Assembly (NCBI GenBank): GCA_963726745.1
Contig: CAVSDR010000006.1
Location: 224,001 to 288,000 of the forward strand
DNA from: an uncultured Verrucomicrobiae bacterium
GTDB taxonomy: Bacteria; Verrucomicrobiota; Verrucomicrobiia; Chthoniobacterales; UBA10450
DNA length: 64,000 nt
Direction: 5' to 3'
Shown here: positions 1 to 10,851 of the stretch, piece after piece
Layout: each line of letters starts with the position of its first letter
Position numbering within the stretch: the first letter of the stretch is position 1
Position numbers and translations under genes: made by a program
Notes under the pieces: generated by a model
The model's database searches: none
What the model was told of the DNA's origin: nothing
What the model saw: the letters and a program-made list of their open reading frames with translations, nothing else

Positions 1-2725
1 CGCGGCTCACGTCAGCCACGGTCGGATCGGAGCCGGTGAAATATTCCGCGAGATTCGACTCGCCATCGCCGCTCGCATCGAAGGCCAAAGCGCTCCGCGG
101 ATCGTCCGGCGCGAAGTATTGCGCGCGCCAGCGCTCGACGCCGTTGCCGATCGTCACCTGCACCTCGGCCTCGCCAGTTTGCCCCTGGGTGTCGGTCACC
201 CGCAGGCGCAGGGTGTGGGCGCCATTGGTGAACTGCGTGGAATCGAAAAGCAGGTGCGCGCCGCCAAAGTGGAAGTGGTTTTCGTTGTTCGCATCCGTCC
301 ATCGGAGCACGCCGTCGACCAGGAATTCCCCTTTTACGGTGCTCACATCATCGATCCCGTTCCCGAAAAACTCCGCTGCCATCCCGCTGACTAATTCCCC
401 CGGCAACGGACGCGTGATCTGCGCCACCGGCGGCGCATCTGTGGTCACGTGCACCGTGAAGCTTTGGGTAGCCGCGCCGGCGGAATTCAGCGCGCGCACC
501 GTCACCGGGTAGTCGCCGGGCGCAGACGGCATCCAATTGATCAACCCGCTGGCCGCCTCGATGCTCATCCCCGCCGGGGCACTCGTTAGGCTAAAGGCCG
601 GCGCGGGGTTGCCGCTGGCGGTCGCACGGTAAGAATAGCCGGCCCCTTGGACGCCGCTGGTCGCGGGGCTACTGGTGAAAACCGGCGGCACCGGGTCGCG
701 ATCGAGCACCGTGACTGCAACCGTGCGCGACGTCTCGCCGGGAGCAGAGACCGTGATCGTCGCGTGATCGTCCACGCCATCGGCATCCGCCGCCGCGGCT
801 AGAGTCACCGTCTGCGGCGTGGCGAAATTAGTCGGCGTGAAGGTGAGCATCGCGCCGGCGCTCACGGTCACATCCGGATCGCCCGCACTGCGCGCGACCG
901 TCATCGGCACATTGCCCGCCGGCGCGTTCGCCAGGCGCACGGTAAAGCCGGCGGTCGCGCCTTCATTCATCGTCAGGCTGGCGGTGGAGACGACGATCTG
1001 CGGCTCGTCGTTGTCGATCTCGTCGACCTGCAAGTCGTAGCTCGCGATCCCCGGCGCGACGATGCGGAAGGTCGCGCGGCCGTTTTCCTGGTCGGGATCT
1101 TCCGCGGCGGTGAAGCGCACCGCCTGCGGTACGAAATAATTCGCCGGCGTGAAAGTGAGCATGGCGCCGCTGCTCACCACCAGATCCACATCACCACTCA
1201 CGCGGCTGGTCGTGACCGTGACGTCCGCCGCCGGCGCGGTCGCCAGACGCACATTCACGATGGCCGCGCCGCCTTCGAGGACGTTGAAAGCGGTCGGCTG
1301 CACCAGGAGGTTTTGCGCGGTGCTCGTGCTCGCCAGACGGCGGACGAGCGGGCTGCCGATTCCCTGGTAATAAAGCGCGCCATCCGGCCCGGTGGCGTAA
1401 TCGATCAAACCGCCCACGCCAGTGAGAAACGGCTCCGCGCTGAGCACGCGATTTTGCGCGTCCAGCGTCGCGCGCATTCCCTGGCCAGAAACGTAATCGC
1501 CAAAGAAAAAATTCCCGCGATAAGCCGCCGGGAACGCGGTGCCGTCGTAGAACGTGCCCCCGGCGATGGCTGCGCCACCGTTGCTCCCGAAGGTCGGCGC
1601 CGTGACCGTTCCGCTGCCCGACGAGGCATCCGGACCCGCCTGCACGAAACGAAAGCGCGTGTGATCCAGATCCTCGGAGACGAAGAAGCTGCCGTTAAAA
1701 CTCGCATCGCCCGCGCCGCTGACCACGACTTTCCCGCCGCGACGAAACGGATGCGTGTTCCGATTCAAATTCGTGGTCGTGACTGTGACCACGCCGTTGC
1801 TGCGCACGAGCCCGCCGCTGCTCGCGACCGTGAGCGTCATCGACTGCGCAGTGCCGTAGGCAATCGCCGGCAGGAGATAGCCGGCCGGCTGGTTGTTTTC
1901 CCAATCGTCGTAGCCACCGTGGTCGCCGCGCTGCACCTGGAAAACTTGCTCGTAACCCGGTCCAGAATTGGGCGAAGTCTGGCCGCCGGCGGTGCTCCCG
2001 ACGACGTTCAACCAGAGCGCGCCGGTGCCCGGCTGGAAAGCGAGGGTGAAGGGATTGCGGAAGCCGCGCGCCCAGATGTAATCGTTGTTCGGCCCGGCGC
2101 CGTCGAAGAACGGATTGTCGTTCGGGACGCTGCCGTCGCGCCGGGCCCGGCCGACCTTGGCCGCGAGCGAGGTGAGATCGTCGTCCACCCCGACCTTGCT
2201 CCCGTTGTCGCCGATCGACCAATAGAGCCGGCCATCCGCGCCGATGCCGAGCCCGCCGCCATCGTGGTTCTGGCCGAGGGTAGGCAAATTAGCCAGCAAG
2301 ATGGTGCGCGCGGTGCCGACGTTGCCGTTCGCGGTATAACGAATGATCTGCTGCTGGCTGCTGGAGACGGTGGCAAAGAAATAGACGTAGTGGTTCGTGA
2401 CGAAATCCGGATCGAACGCGATCCCCAGCAGGCCGCATTCGCTGTTCGTGTAGACCGCCTCGGTGATGAAAGGCGTGGCGACCAGCGTGCCCGTGGGCGT
2501 GCCGCTTTGAAAGCCATGCTGCACGATGTAGCAGGCGCCATTTTTTTGCGTGAGGAAGAGCCGCCCAGAGCCATCCGGCGCCCAGGCCATGCTCGTGGTG
2601 TTGGTGAGCGCGCTACTCGAAAGGAAGGTCGATTCCGAGAAAGCCGCGGGGTCCACCGGCGCGCTCCAGACGGACGCGCCCGCCAGGAACAAGAGCCCGA
2701 AGACTTGACCCAGGAGAGGCCTCAC
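1..2725 (-). CDS. Secreted PQQ-dependent glucose/sorbosone dehydrogenase (GSDH)-family beta-propeller protein with C-terminal Calx-beta-like, Ig-like and Big domains; 3' end runs off the window
   Basis: Manual translation from GTG at 2725 (overlaps upstream TGA): signal peptide MRPLLGQVFGLLFLAGASVWS, then MAWAPDGSGRLF, ECGLLGIAFDPDF, NHDGGGLGIGADGRLYWSIGD, DNPF, IWARGFRNPF, YRGNFFFGDY. Two tandem LTFTPxN(Y/F)xxPQxV repeats follow, then Ig-like segments. Absent from the ORF track because it has no stop inside the window. Confidence 0.8.
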   Translation of the reverse strand, partial: MRPLLGQVFGLLFLAGASVWSAPVDPAAFSESTFLSSSALTNTTSMAWAPDGSGRLFLTQKNGACYIVQHGFQSGTPTGTLVATPFITEAVYTNSECGLLGIAFDPDFVTNHYVYFFATVSSSQQQIIRYTANGNVGTARTILLANLPTLGQNHDGGGLGIGADGRLYWSIGDNGSKVGVDDDLTSLAAKVGRARRDGSVPNDNPFFDGAGPNNDYIWARGFRNPFTLAFQPGTGALWLNVVGSTAGGQTSPNSGPGYEQVFQVQRGDHGGYDDWENNQPAGYLLPAIAYGTAQSMTLTVASSGGLVRSNGVVTVTTTNLNRNTHPFRRGGKVVVSGAGDASFNGSFFVSEDLDHTRFRFVQAGPDASSGSGTVTAPTFGSNGGAAIAGGTFYDGTAFPAAYRGNFFFGDYVSGQGMRATLDAQNRVLSAEPFLTGVGGLIDYATGPDGALYYQGIGSPLVRRLASTSTAQNLLVQPTAFNVLEGGAAIVNVRLATAPAADVTVTTSRVSGDVDLVVSSGAMLTFTPANYFVPQAVRFTAAEDPDQENGRATFRIVAPGIASYDLQVDEIDNDEPQIVVSTASLTMNEGATAGFTVRLANAPAGNVPMTVARSAGDPDVTVSAGAMLTFTPTNFATPQTVTLAAAADADGVDDHATITVSAPGETSRTVAVTVLDRDPVPPVFTSSPATSGVQGAGYSYRATASGNPAPAFSLTSAPAGMSIEAASGLINWMPSAPGDYPVTVRALNSAGAATQSFTVHVTTDAPPVAQITRPLPGELVSGMAAEFFGNGIDDVSTVKGEFLVDGVLRWTDANNENHFHFGGAHLLFDSTQFTNGAHTLRLRVTDTQGQTGEAEVQVTIGNGVERWRAQYFAPDDPRSALAFDASGDGESNLAEYFTGSDPTVADVSR

Positions 2726-3810
2726 TTCTTCGGCGGCTTCATCTTGATGAAGGTGCCGCCGGTGCGGCTGGCGAGCTGGCGCAGCATCCGTTCCTCCTCG
2801 GGCTTATCCTTCCCGGTGAGGTAATAAATCGTGTGCAGTTTGGCTTTTTTAGGCAGCGTCTTCTCCCCTTCCTCGAGCACCTTGTAGATGTCTTCCGGCG
2901 AGATGTCGCGGCTCGGGTCCACAATCGAGGTCCCGGAAGCGTTCCCATCCGTGAGCATGTAGATCGTCTGCGGCTTGAGCTTGAAGGTTTCCTCGAGCGC
3001 GTAGTCGTGCCGCGTGCCGCCCGGCCGATCGCCGCGGCGCCCGGCCTTATGGATATCGAGATCCTGCTGGATGTGGGTGATCGCGGCCTGCTTGTTTTCC
3101 TCCGTGGCCGCAACTAATTCCGGCTTCCACGAAAGCGCGCTGCCAGACCAGCGCACGATCCCGAAGCGCGTCGCCGGAGTCAGGCTTTGCACGAGCTTAA
3201 TCGCCTCGTCGCGCACCGCCTGGAAGCTTTGCTCCTTGCCCACGCGAAGCAATTTTCGCGAGCTGTAATCGTAATCGCCGGTGCGGCCAAACATGGAGTC
3301 GGAGATGTCGATCATGATCACGACCGCATTGCTCACGTCGCGGATGCCGAAGAAATTGATCGCCGCGCCCGACCCGGTGCCGCCGAGCGCGCCGCCGCCG
3401 CCACTGGCGCCTCCTGGAGCGGCCGCGCCCATCGCGCCGCCCGCGGTCATGAGCTGCTTCGGTGCATCCTTCGGCGCTGCGATCTCGGGCAAGGGCGGGA
3501 GCGTGACCTTCGCCAGGCCGGTGGTGAGGACACGCTTCGGCACCGCCGCGGGCATGCTTTGCGTCTGCATTTTCTTCTCCACCTGCACGCGATGCTGCAG
3601 CGCCTGCTCGCTCGGATTGGGCGATTTCGGGCCCGCCTGGAAGGTCAGCTTGCGCGCGGTGGAATAACGCGAGACCACGTAGATGGCCGCGCCGCCGGCG
3701 AAGAGCAGATGCAGCACAATGCTGCCGATAAGCACCGGCGAGAGGACCCAGCGGCGGCGCTTCGCCGGCGCCGGCGCCATCGCAATTTCCTCATCGTCCA
3801 CCAGCGCCAT
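2722..3810 (-). CDS. Membrane-anchored von Willebrand factor A (vWA) domain protein
   Basis: Single TM helix (LIGSIVLHLLFAGGAAIYVV), Pro/Gly-rich linker, FFGI motif, MIDAS-like DISDS, GGT and IYMLTDG. Start taken at ATG 3810 instead of the overlapping ORF-track start. Confidence 0.75.
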   Translation of the reverse strand: MALVDDEEIAMAPAPAKRRRWVLSPVLIGSIVLHLLFAGGAAIYVVSRYSTARKLTFQAGPKSPNPSEQALQHRVQVEKKMQTQSMPAAVPKRVLTTGLAKVTLPPLPEIAAPKDAPKQLMTAGGAMGAAAPGGASGGGGALGGTGSGAAINFFGIRDVSNAVVIMIDISDSMFGRTGDYDYSSRKLLRVGKEQSFQAVRDEAIKLVQSLTPATRFGIVRWSGSALSWKPELVAATEENKQAAITHIQQDLDIHKAGRRGDRPGGTRHDYALEETFKLKPQTIYMLTDGNASGTSIVDPSRDISPEDIYKVLEEGEKTLPKKAKLHTIYYLTGKDKPEEERMLRQLASRTGGTFIKMKPPKK

Positions 3811-3818
3811 CTTGCTGC

Positions 3819-6362
3819 CTAACGAGTGATGGAAGTCCGGGAACGCGCGGCCAGGAGGACATCGCGCCCGACGAGATAAAGGACCACGCAAAGCACCGCG
3901 AAGGGCAGGAGCGCGAGCAGGTCGGCGTTCGCACCCTGGAAGAAGGGATTGTGCTCCGTCATCCATTCCTCGATCCCGGTGCTGTAAAGCGACAACGCGG
4001 GCACGCCCTGCATGATCGCGATCACGATCCCGGCAAGCGCGCCGCCGGCGATGTAGCCGGAAGCGAGGAGCACGCCGCCGCTCTTGTCGCCTTCCGCGAC
4101 CAGTTCCTCTTCCTGCAGGTCGTGGCCCTTGAATTTCGTGCGCCGCAAATAGCGGTCGACCGCCCAGCGAATCAGCCCGCCGATAAAGATCGGGCTGGAC
4201 GAGGAAAGCGGCAGGTAAACCCCCACGGCAAAGGCGAGCGAAGGAATGCCGCTCATCTCCAGCACAATGGCAATCATGACACCGAGGAGCACGAGGGCCC
4301 ACGGCAATTTGCGGCTCAGGATGCCCTTGATGATGTAGGACATCAGGGTCGCTTTTGGTGCGTCGAATTTCGAGACCGCGCTGCCATCGGGCCGGGTTTT
4401 GCGGGTGCCGTTGATGCCTGGATCGACCAGATAGGTGGCAACGCCTTGATCGTTTACCAGGAAACGCTGCGCTGGGCCGCCGGCGGGGTCGGCGCGTTGC
4501 CAGCTCCGGTAGGTGGCCTTGTCGCCGAGGCCCTGGGTGCCGCTGAGGGTCTCGGTGGCGCCGAGCTCGGAAGTCTTCTCGACGCGCAGGTTTGCCGGAA
4601 AATTGCGCTCGAGTTTGTAGGTCACCCGCCCTTCGCCGTTGACGAGATACTCGGCCGGCTCAAGGCCGGGAGCCGCGGCCGACGACTCGTTAGCCGACAC
4701 ATTGAGCAGGCGGAAATCCTCCGGCGCGGGCTTGATCCCCTCGCTGTAAGGCGGGAGGGAGGCGGCGGTGGCAATCACTGGACCTTGCGTGACCGGAGCA
4801 AAAGTAGTCGCGGGCACGTAGACCGTGGAGGCGTTGTTGAGCACGAGCAGGATGGGGCCGAGCGCGAGCGCGGAAGCGAGCGCGCCGAAGAGGATCGCGA
4901 TCTGTTGATACTTCGGCGTCGCGCCGACGAGGAAGCCGGTCTTCAAATCCTGCGAGGTGGTGCCGCCATTTGAGGCCGCGATGCAAACGATCCCGCCAAT
5001 CGAGAGCGCGGTCACAAAGTAATGCGGCCCGGTCCAGCCGATCGCGAGAAAGGCGAGGCAGGTGAGCAGCAGCGTGGCCACGGTCATGCCGGAAATTGGA
5101 TTCGAGGAAGAACCGATCTCGCCGGTTAAACGGGAGGAGACGGTCACGAAAAGGAAGCCAAAGGCCACGATCAGGAGCGCGCCGATCAGGTTCCACTGCA
5201 GGTGAAGCTGGGGGACGATCATGATCACCGCGAGCAAGCCGATGCAGCCGCCGATGACGAGTTTCATCGAGAGATCCTGGTCGGTCCGCGGTGCTCGCGA
5301 GCTGGCCGCATGGCCGCCGCGCAAGTCGGAGAGGCCGGCTTTCAATCCATGCCAGATGGTCGGGAGCGAACGGAAAAGGCTGATGATCCCGCCCGCGGCG
5401 ACCGCGCCCGCGCCGATGTAGAGCACGTAAGCGCCGCGGATTTGATTCGGCGACATGTCGCCGATCGGGATCGTGCCCGGAGGGATGATCGCGGCCGTGT
5501 GTTCGCCGAAGAACTTGATCGCCGGAATGAGCACGAGGTAGGCAAGCACGCCACCGGCGCACATGATCGAGGCAATGCGCGGGCCGATGATGTAACCGAC
5601 GCCCAACAGCGCAGGCGAGATCTCGGCAGCGATCGAGCCAGCCTTGAACGGCGCGGCAAAGACTTTCTCCGGCGTATCCTTCCAAAGCTTAAACGCGCCC
5701 ATTGCGGCTTGGTAAAGGAAGCCGATACCGAACCCGGTGAAGATGGTTTTGCCGCCGCTGGCGGTCTCTTCGTTATCGGCAGAAGTTGCTGTCTGTTTTC
5801 CCTCGGGATCCTTGGCCGCGGCCGCTTTCAGGACCTCGGCGCAGGCGGTGCCCTCCGGATATTTCAGAATACCGTGCTGATCGACGATGAGCGCGCGCCG
5901 CAGCGGGATCATCATCAGGATGCCGAGCAAACCGCCGAGGACCGCGACCAGCATCACGCGGGTAAGCTCGAGGTCGAAGCCCAGGATCATGATCGCCGGC
6001 ATGGTCACGCCCAGGCCGAAAGCGATCGACTCGCCGGCTGAGCCCGCGGTTTGCACGATGTTATTCTCGAGAATGGTCGCGTCGCGCAGGCCGAACTTCG
6101 ACATCAGCCGAAAGATCGTGATCGAAAGCACGGCCACGGGAATGGACGCGCTTACCGTCAGGCCGACCTTGAGCACGAGATAAAGCGATGAGGCGCCGAA
6201 AACCATCCCGAGGAGCGTGCCGACGATCAACGGGAGGATCGAAAGCTCGCGCATCTGGGTGGAGGCGGAGATGTAGGGCTTGAAGTTTGCCGCCAGCGGG
6301 TTGGTCGGTTTGGACCCGACGATGTCGGGCATTTCGTTCGGCGGATTGGCGGTTGGCGGCAT
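3819..6362 (-). CDS. OPT-family oligopeptide transporter with a soluble insertion
   Basis: [56 protein letters not shown] and [10 protein letters not shown] are OPT motifs; many TM segments. Confidence 0.9.
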   Translation of the reverse strand: MPPTANPPNEMPDIVGSKPTNPLAANFKPYISASTQMRELSILPLIVGTLLGMVFGASSLYLVLKVGLTVSASIPVAVLSITIFRLMSKFGLRDATILENNIVQTAGSAGESIAFGLGVTMPAIMILGFDLELTRVMLVAVLGGLLGILMMIPLRRALIVDQHGILKYPEGTACAEVLKAAAAKDPEGKQTATSADNEETASGGKTIFTGFGIGFLYQAAMGAFKLWKDTPEKVFAAPFKAGSIAAEISPALLGVGYIIGPRIASIMCAGGVLAYLVLIPAIKFFGEHTAAIIPPGTIPIGDMSPNQIRGAYVLYIGAGAVAAGGIISLFRSLPTIWHGLKAGLSDLRGGHAASSRAPRTDQDLSMKLVIGGCIGLLAVIMIVPQLHLQWNLIGALLIVAFGFLFVTVSSRLTGEIGSSSNPISGMTVATLLLTCLAFLAIGWTGPHYFVTALSIGGIVCIAASNGGTTSQDLKTGFLVGATPKYQQIAILFGALASALALGPILLVLNNASTVYVPATTFAPVTQGPVIATAASLPPYSEGIKPAPEDFRLLNVSANESSAAAPGLEPAEYLVNGEGRVTYKLERNFPANLRVEKTSELGATETLSGTQGLGDKATYRSWQRADPAGGPAQRFLVNDQGVATYLVDPGINGTRKTRPDGSAVSKFDAPKATLMSYIIKGILSRKLPWALVLLGVMIAIVLEMSGIPSLAFAVGVYLPLSSSSPIFIGGLIRWAVDRYLRRTKFKGHDLQEEELVAEGDKSGGVLLASGYIAGGALAGIVIAIMQGVPALSLYSTGIEEWMTEHNPFFQGANADLLALLPFAVLCVVLYLVGRDVLLAARSRTSITR

Positions 6363-6490
6363 GGGCTTAATCGTTGCGCGTGAGCCGCACAGGGCTCGCG
6401 GGGTTGCTCGGAGAGAGTCGGCGAACAGGACCGCGGAAGGCAACCGCAAAAACCGCTGGCGGGCGCAATCTTCCGCAGCCGGAAACAGGG

Positions 6491-6545
6491 TTGACCGAAC
6501 GCGTGCCGGCTTCTTAAAATCGCCGGCAACAACTCAACCCGGAGG
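6491..6545 (+). promoter_or_regulatory. Putative sigma70 promoter and RBS for the small PEP-CTERM gene
   Basis: TTGACC (6491-6496), 18 nt, TAAAAT (6515-6520); GGAGG at 6541-6545, 8 nt before ATG 6554. Confidence 0.45.
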
Positions 6546-6553
6546 TTCCCCCC

Positions 6554-6814
6554 ATGAACAAAGTCCGTTTGGTTGGCGGCGCCTGGTTGGCCGCGGCCCT
6601 AATTTTTTGCCTAACGAGTGCAGAGGCGCAAACAACGCGCCCAGTTCCCGAAACTACCTCCGCGACCCTGCCGGCGAATCAAATTGGCGCAGACTTCGGC
6701 GCGCTCGATCCTGCCGCTCTCGGCCAGCCAGTGCCAGTGCCGGAACCGCTCACGCCCGCGCTGCTCGGCCTGGGCGGGCTCCTGGTCTTCCTGGCTTATC
6801 GGCGGCGGCGGTGA
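6554..6814 (+). CDS. Very small PEP-CTERM (exosortase-targeted) protein
   Basis: Signal peptide ending AEA; C-terminal VPEP + hydrophobic helix + RRRR; good RBS. Confidence 0.75.
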   Translation: MNKVRLVGGAWLAAALIFCLTSAEAQTTRPVPETTSATLPANQIGADFGALDPAALGQPVPVPEPLTPALLGLGGLLVFLAYRRRR

Positions 6815-6824
6815 TCGCGGCGCG

Positions 6825-7424
6825 CTACGGCTTCTTTTCCTCGCCCCAGATTCGCTGGAGGAAACTCACGCGCCCCGAGCCGACGTGATAGGCCTCGTAT
6901 TCCGCCGGATTCTTCAGGTAATACTTTTGGTGATATTCCTCCGCCGCGAAGAAAGGCTGCGCGGGGAGAATCTCGGTCGCGATCGGCTTCGAAAACTTTC
7001 CGGATTGCGCCAGCTTTTCCTTGGCCGCCTCCGCGGCGCGTTTCTCCTCATCGTTCGCGTAGTAGATCGCCGCCTGATAGCTCAGGCCGATGTCGGCAAA
7101 CTGCCCGTTTGCCTGCGTGGGATTGATGTTGCGGAAGTAAACCTCAAGCAACCGGTCGTAGGAAACCTGCGCCGGATCGTAGGTCACCTCGATCGCTTCG
7201 CGGTGTTGCGTCTTGTGCGCAGAGACTTCGCGATAATTCGCGTTTTCCTTCCCGCCGCCGGTGTAGCCCACAACGGTTTTGGTAACGCCTGGGACGTGAT
7301 CGAACGGCTCCTGCATGCACCAGAAACAGCCGCCGGCAAAAATTGCCGTCTTGGTTTCCGCCGCCGGGGCCATGGCGAGTGTGAGCGTAAGAAATCCGAG
7401 CGCGAGAAAGAGATGCTTGATCAT
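6825..7424 (-). CDS. msrA: Peptide-methionine (S)-S-oxide reductase with signal peptide
   Basis: FAGGCFW active site, VGYTGG, AEEYHQKY. Confidence 0.93.
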   Translation of the reverse strand: MIKHLFLALGFLTLTLAMAPAAETKTAIFAGGCFWCMQEPFDHVPGVTKTVVGYTGGGKENANYREVSAHKTQHREAIEVTYDPAQVSYDRLLEVYFRNINPTQANGQFADIGLSYQAAIYYANDEEKRAAEAAKEKLAQSGKFSKPIATEILPAQPFFAAEEYHQKYYLKNPAEYEAYHVGSGRVSFLQRIWGEEKKP

Positions 7425-7504
7425 GAGAGTGCAGAAGGTGTTCGCCGAAAAGCGCCGGCCGGTTGCGCATTTGTCGTCCCCTTTACCCTCCGCATCTTGC
7501 CCCG

Positions 7505-8111
7505 GTGCGCACCAATTATCGCTCCTGTCCCGCGGCCGAGATTGTGCCGGCTAATCCTGGGGAGCTGCTGGAAATGGCGGAGATTTTCGGACGCGATGCG
7601 CCGGTCGAGATCGACCTCGGCTGCGGCGATGGCGCCTTCCTGGTTGCCCTCGCGGAGCGCGCGCCGGAACGCGATTTTCTCGGGGTCGAGCGCCTTGCCG
7701 GCCGCTTCCGCGGAACCAGCCGCAAGATCGGCGACGCCGACGTTGCCGAATGCGCGCATCCTCCGCGCCGAAATCGAAGCGCTGCTCGCGCTGCTTTTGC
7801 CAGCCGCCTCAGTCGACGTCTTCTACCTCCTGTTTCCCGATCCTTGGCCGAAGCGGCGGCATCATGTGCGCCGGACTTTCAACGCCGAGTTTCTGCGCGG
7901 AGTCTGGCGCGCGCTCCGGCCGGACGGCCTCCTGCGCGTGGCCACCGACGATGCGGACTACGCCCGCGCGATGACGCAGGTGATTGCCAACGCGGAGGGC
8001 TTCGTTGCGGAAGCCGGGTTGCCTCCGTTGCCGCCCACGAGCTTTGAAGAGCGCTTCAGCGGGAAGGAAATCTACCGCTTCGGGCTGCGGAAGATCTTGC
8101 TGTCTAAATAG
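7505..8111 (+). CDS. trmB: tRNA (guanine-N7)-methyltransferase, frameshifted near 7740
   Basis: VEIDLGCGDG and FLGVER in one frame; LFPDPWPKRRHHVRR, RVATDDADY and TSFEERF in the next frame. Start approximate. Confidence 0.85.
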
Positions 8112-10352
8112 CCGGCTCGCTTCCCAGTGCTCACGGTAAAAGCGCACCGTCACCGCTCCGGTTTCATCCTGCCGGAAAAGCTCGATTCCGCGTGCCTTGA
8201 CCTCCTCGACCCATCCATCTGGCAGCCGTTCGTTCTCCGGGAAGTCGCGCGACGTCGCGATGATTGCCGCTGGTTGCACCGCCTCCAGAAATTCCGTCGT
8301 GCCCGACGGCGCAGCATGATGCTGTCCTTTCACCAGGAGATCGCTCCGCAGGTCCGCCCCACTCTCTAGCAAGACGCGCTCGGTCGCCTCGCCGCTGTCG
8401 GACATCAGGAGCACGCGCCACTTTTGCGCAATCGTTAGGCGGATCACCAGGGCCATGTCGTCCGCCGTTTTGCCGGCAAAACCGGCCGGCGGGAAAAGAA
8501 TTTCCGCACGCACCTGCGGGCCGATCAAGAACTCGTTAGGCGCGCTGAGTGTCCTTCGACGGTGCTTCTCCGCAAGGAGCGCACGATGCAGCGGCGAGCG
8601 GTCGGGCGCGGCGTTATCCAGCCACTCGCGCGGCTGAAAAATCCGCAGCAACGTGGCCGCGCCGCCGAGGTGCGCGGCATCGCCATGCGTAAGCACGAGG
8701 CCGTCCAGGCGATTGACTCCCCGTGAGCGCAAATAGCCGCGCACGACCAGGCGGGCGTCACGTTCGCTGCCGGTGTCGACCAGCCAATCGCGCCCGCGCG
8801 TTTTCAGGTGCGTGCACGCGCCCGCGCCGAGATCGAGCACGGTCATTTCCGCGAGCGCACCGTGTGGCCAACGCGGCGCGCCCAGGTAGATGTGGCCCGC
8901 AGGCGCGCGTGCAAAGAGACCGACCGCCCCGAGAATGCCGGCGGCCAGGCACCAGTTCGCGTTGTTAAAGACCAGGGTCAACGCCGGTGCCACCGGCAAA
9001 ACCAGGAGCGACATCAGGCCAACCGCGAGCACCAAGAACGCAAGCGGAACGACCACCAGATTCGCCAGGAGCGAGACCGGCGTGACGATGTAGAAATACG
9101 GCAGAATGAGCGGGAGCGACCCGATCCAGGCGGCCAGCGAAACCGTGGCGCCGCCGGCGAGCGCGCGCCACAGCCAGACGCCGCCGCGTTGCCGCAAACT
9201 GTAAAGTGAAGGCGGCAGGAAGGGATCGGGCGCGCCCCGACGTTCGAGCGCGAGGTAAAGCGGCCGCGCGAAAAGCATGATCGCGATCACGACCGCAAAC
9301 GATAGTTGGAAGCCAGTGGAGAAAAGCTGGTTCGGATCCCACGCGAGCACCAGGACCGCCGCCGCGGCCACGCTGTTCCCGGAGAAGACCCGCCGCTCGA
9401 TGAAGTAGCCGCCTAACAAAACCGCGGCCATGAGCGCGGCGCGAATGCTCGAGGCTCCCAGGCCGGTGATCGCTGCATAGAAAAAAAGCGCGGGAATGAT
9501 CGCCGCGATCGCCCAGCGGCGCGGGAGCCGGGCCGCGCGCAAAATCATCCAGAGGAGCTGCGCGAGGATGGCGACATTTAATCCCGAGACCGCAAAAAGA
9601 TGGAGCGTGCCGGTTTGCTGGAATTGCTCCTGGATTTCATCGGGCGTCTCCCCATTGGCCCCCAGGACCATCCCGCTGATGACGCCCCGCAAGTCCGGCG
9701 CATCCTCCAACCCGCGGCCGAGCGCGGCCTGCATCCACGCGCGCGAGCGCTGGGCCGCGCGGAGAATCTTCGAGCCGCGCTCGTGCGCGAGGATGCGGCC
9801 GCTCTCGGGATTGCGCGAGCCTAACGAGTGATAAATGTCGTGCCGCGCGAGGTAGGCCCGCAAATCGAACTCGCCCGGATTGCGCGGCGGCGGGACCGGC
9901 TGGATTACGCCAAAGAGCTGCAGCTCGTCGCCGTAGACCGGCGTGCCCGGCCAACGAGCGGTGATCGTGCCGCTGATCGGAATGGTGCGGTCGTCGAACG
10001 CGACCGATTCTACCTGGATTTGAAAGGAAGCCGTGCCGCGCGGGGAAATGCGCGGCTCGCTCACGACCACTCCACGCACCGCAACCGCACGTCGCTGCTC
10101 GCCGAGGAGACGCGCGAGGCGGCGCCCGGGCGAATCCGCCTGCCGTTGCGCGTGCACGCTGGCGAAGGCCGCGGCCACCGCGACCAGGGTGAGGAGCGTG
10201 CTTCCGCGCCAGAACGCTGCGGCCGCGGCCCCCAGAAAAATAGCCAGCCAGATGGCGGCGTGCCCGCCGACTTCGCCCAGCAGGATGCCGAGCACGGCGG
10301 CGAGCGCGAGGCCCACGAAGGGTTGCCGCGGCCACGCCTCCGAGCGCTTCAT
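8072..10352 (-). CDS. comEC: ComEC/Rec2 DNA uptake channel (DUF4131 + Competence + metallo-beta-lactamase domains); probable frameshift near 8115
   Basis: RNPGEFD, GTLHLFAVSGLNV, GFQLSF, LVLTHGDAAHLGG, LVKGQHH. The ORF-track C-terminus runs antisense through trmB; a one-base shift near 8115 gives ...ASGYLDSKIFRSPKR* ending at 8072. Confidence 0.88.
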
Positions 10353-10358
10353 TGCTCG

Positions 10359-10827
10359 TTAGGCAAAAACCACCGCGTCGAGCAGGACATCGTGCCCTTC
10401 GCGCGGGATCGACGCCCGCATCTGGCAGGCAAACCCGAGCCCGACTTTGAACGCACCGCGCGCCCGACCGCCGAGCAAGCGATCATAAAAACCGCCGCCG
10501 CGTCCGAGGCGCTGGCCGTCGCGGGTAAAGGCCAGCCCTGGCACCAGCACCAGCTCCGGAACGAACGGCAGCTCGAGCTCCGCTTCCTCCCGCAGGGTCG
10601 CAGGCACCACGAAGGCCGTCTTGGCCTACTGCCAGGGTCGCGATTGCCGGCTCCGTGCTCATGGGCGAAAACGTCAGGACACGCTCGGCCGCCTGCCACG
10701 CGGGCAACGCCAGAACTTGCCGGCAAATTTCCGCCGAGGCGCGCGTGCGCTCGGTCGCGGAGAGGGCGCGAAGTTGCGCCAGGATCTCGGCGCGGAGGGT
10801 TTCCTTGGCTTCCCGCGCGGCAGACAC
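10359..10827 (-). CDS. ygfA: 5-formyltetrahydrofolate cyclo-ligase, frameshifted near 10620
   Basis: N-terminal KETLR..ILAQLRALS and MSTEP in one frame; LVLVPGLAFTRDGQRLGRGGGFYDRLL in another. Confidence 0.85.
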
Positions 10828-10851
10828 GCGGCGGATGTTAGGCGGCGGGCC

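Noticed and set aside
1313..2824. 503-aa plus-strand ORF and similar long shadow ORFs (e.g. 15844-17499, 22936-24255, 30831-32003, 48631-50016, 53205-54443)
   Set aside because: They lie antisense or out of frame to well-supported genes, are Arg/Ala/Pro-rich without family motifs, and are expected in high-GC DNA.
7809..8071. ComEC C-terminal extension overlapping trmB antisense in the ORF track
   Set aside because: Better explained by a one-base indel near 8115; the shifted frame ends naturally at 8072.
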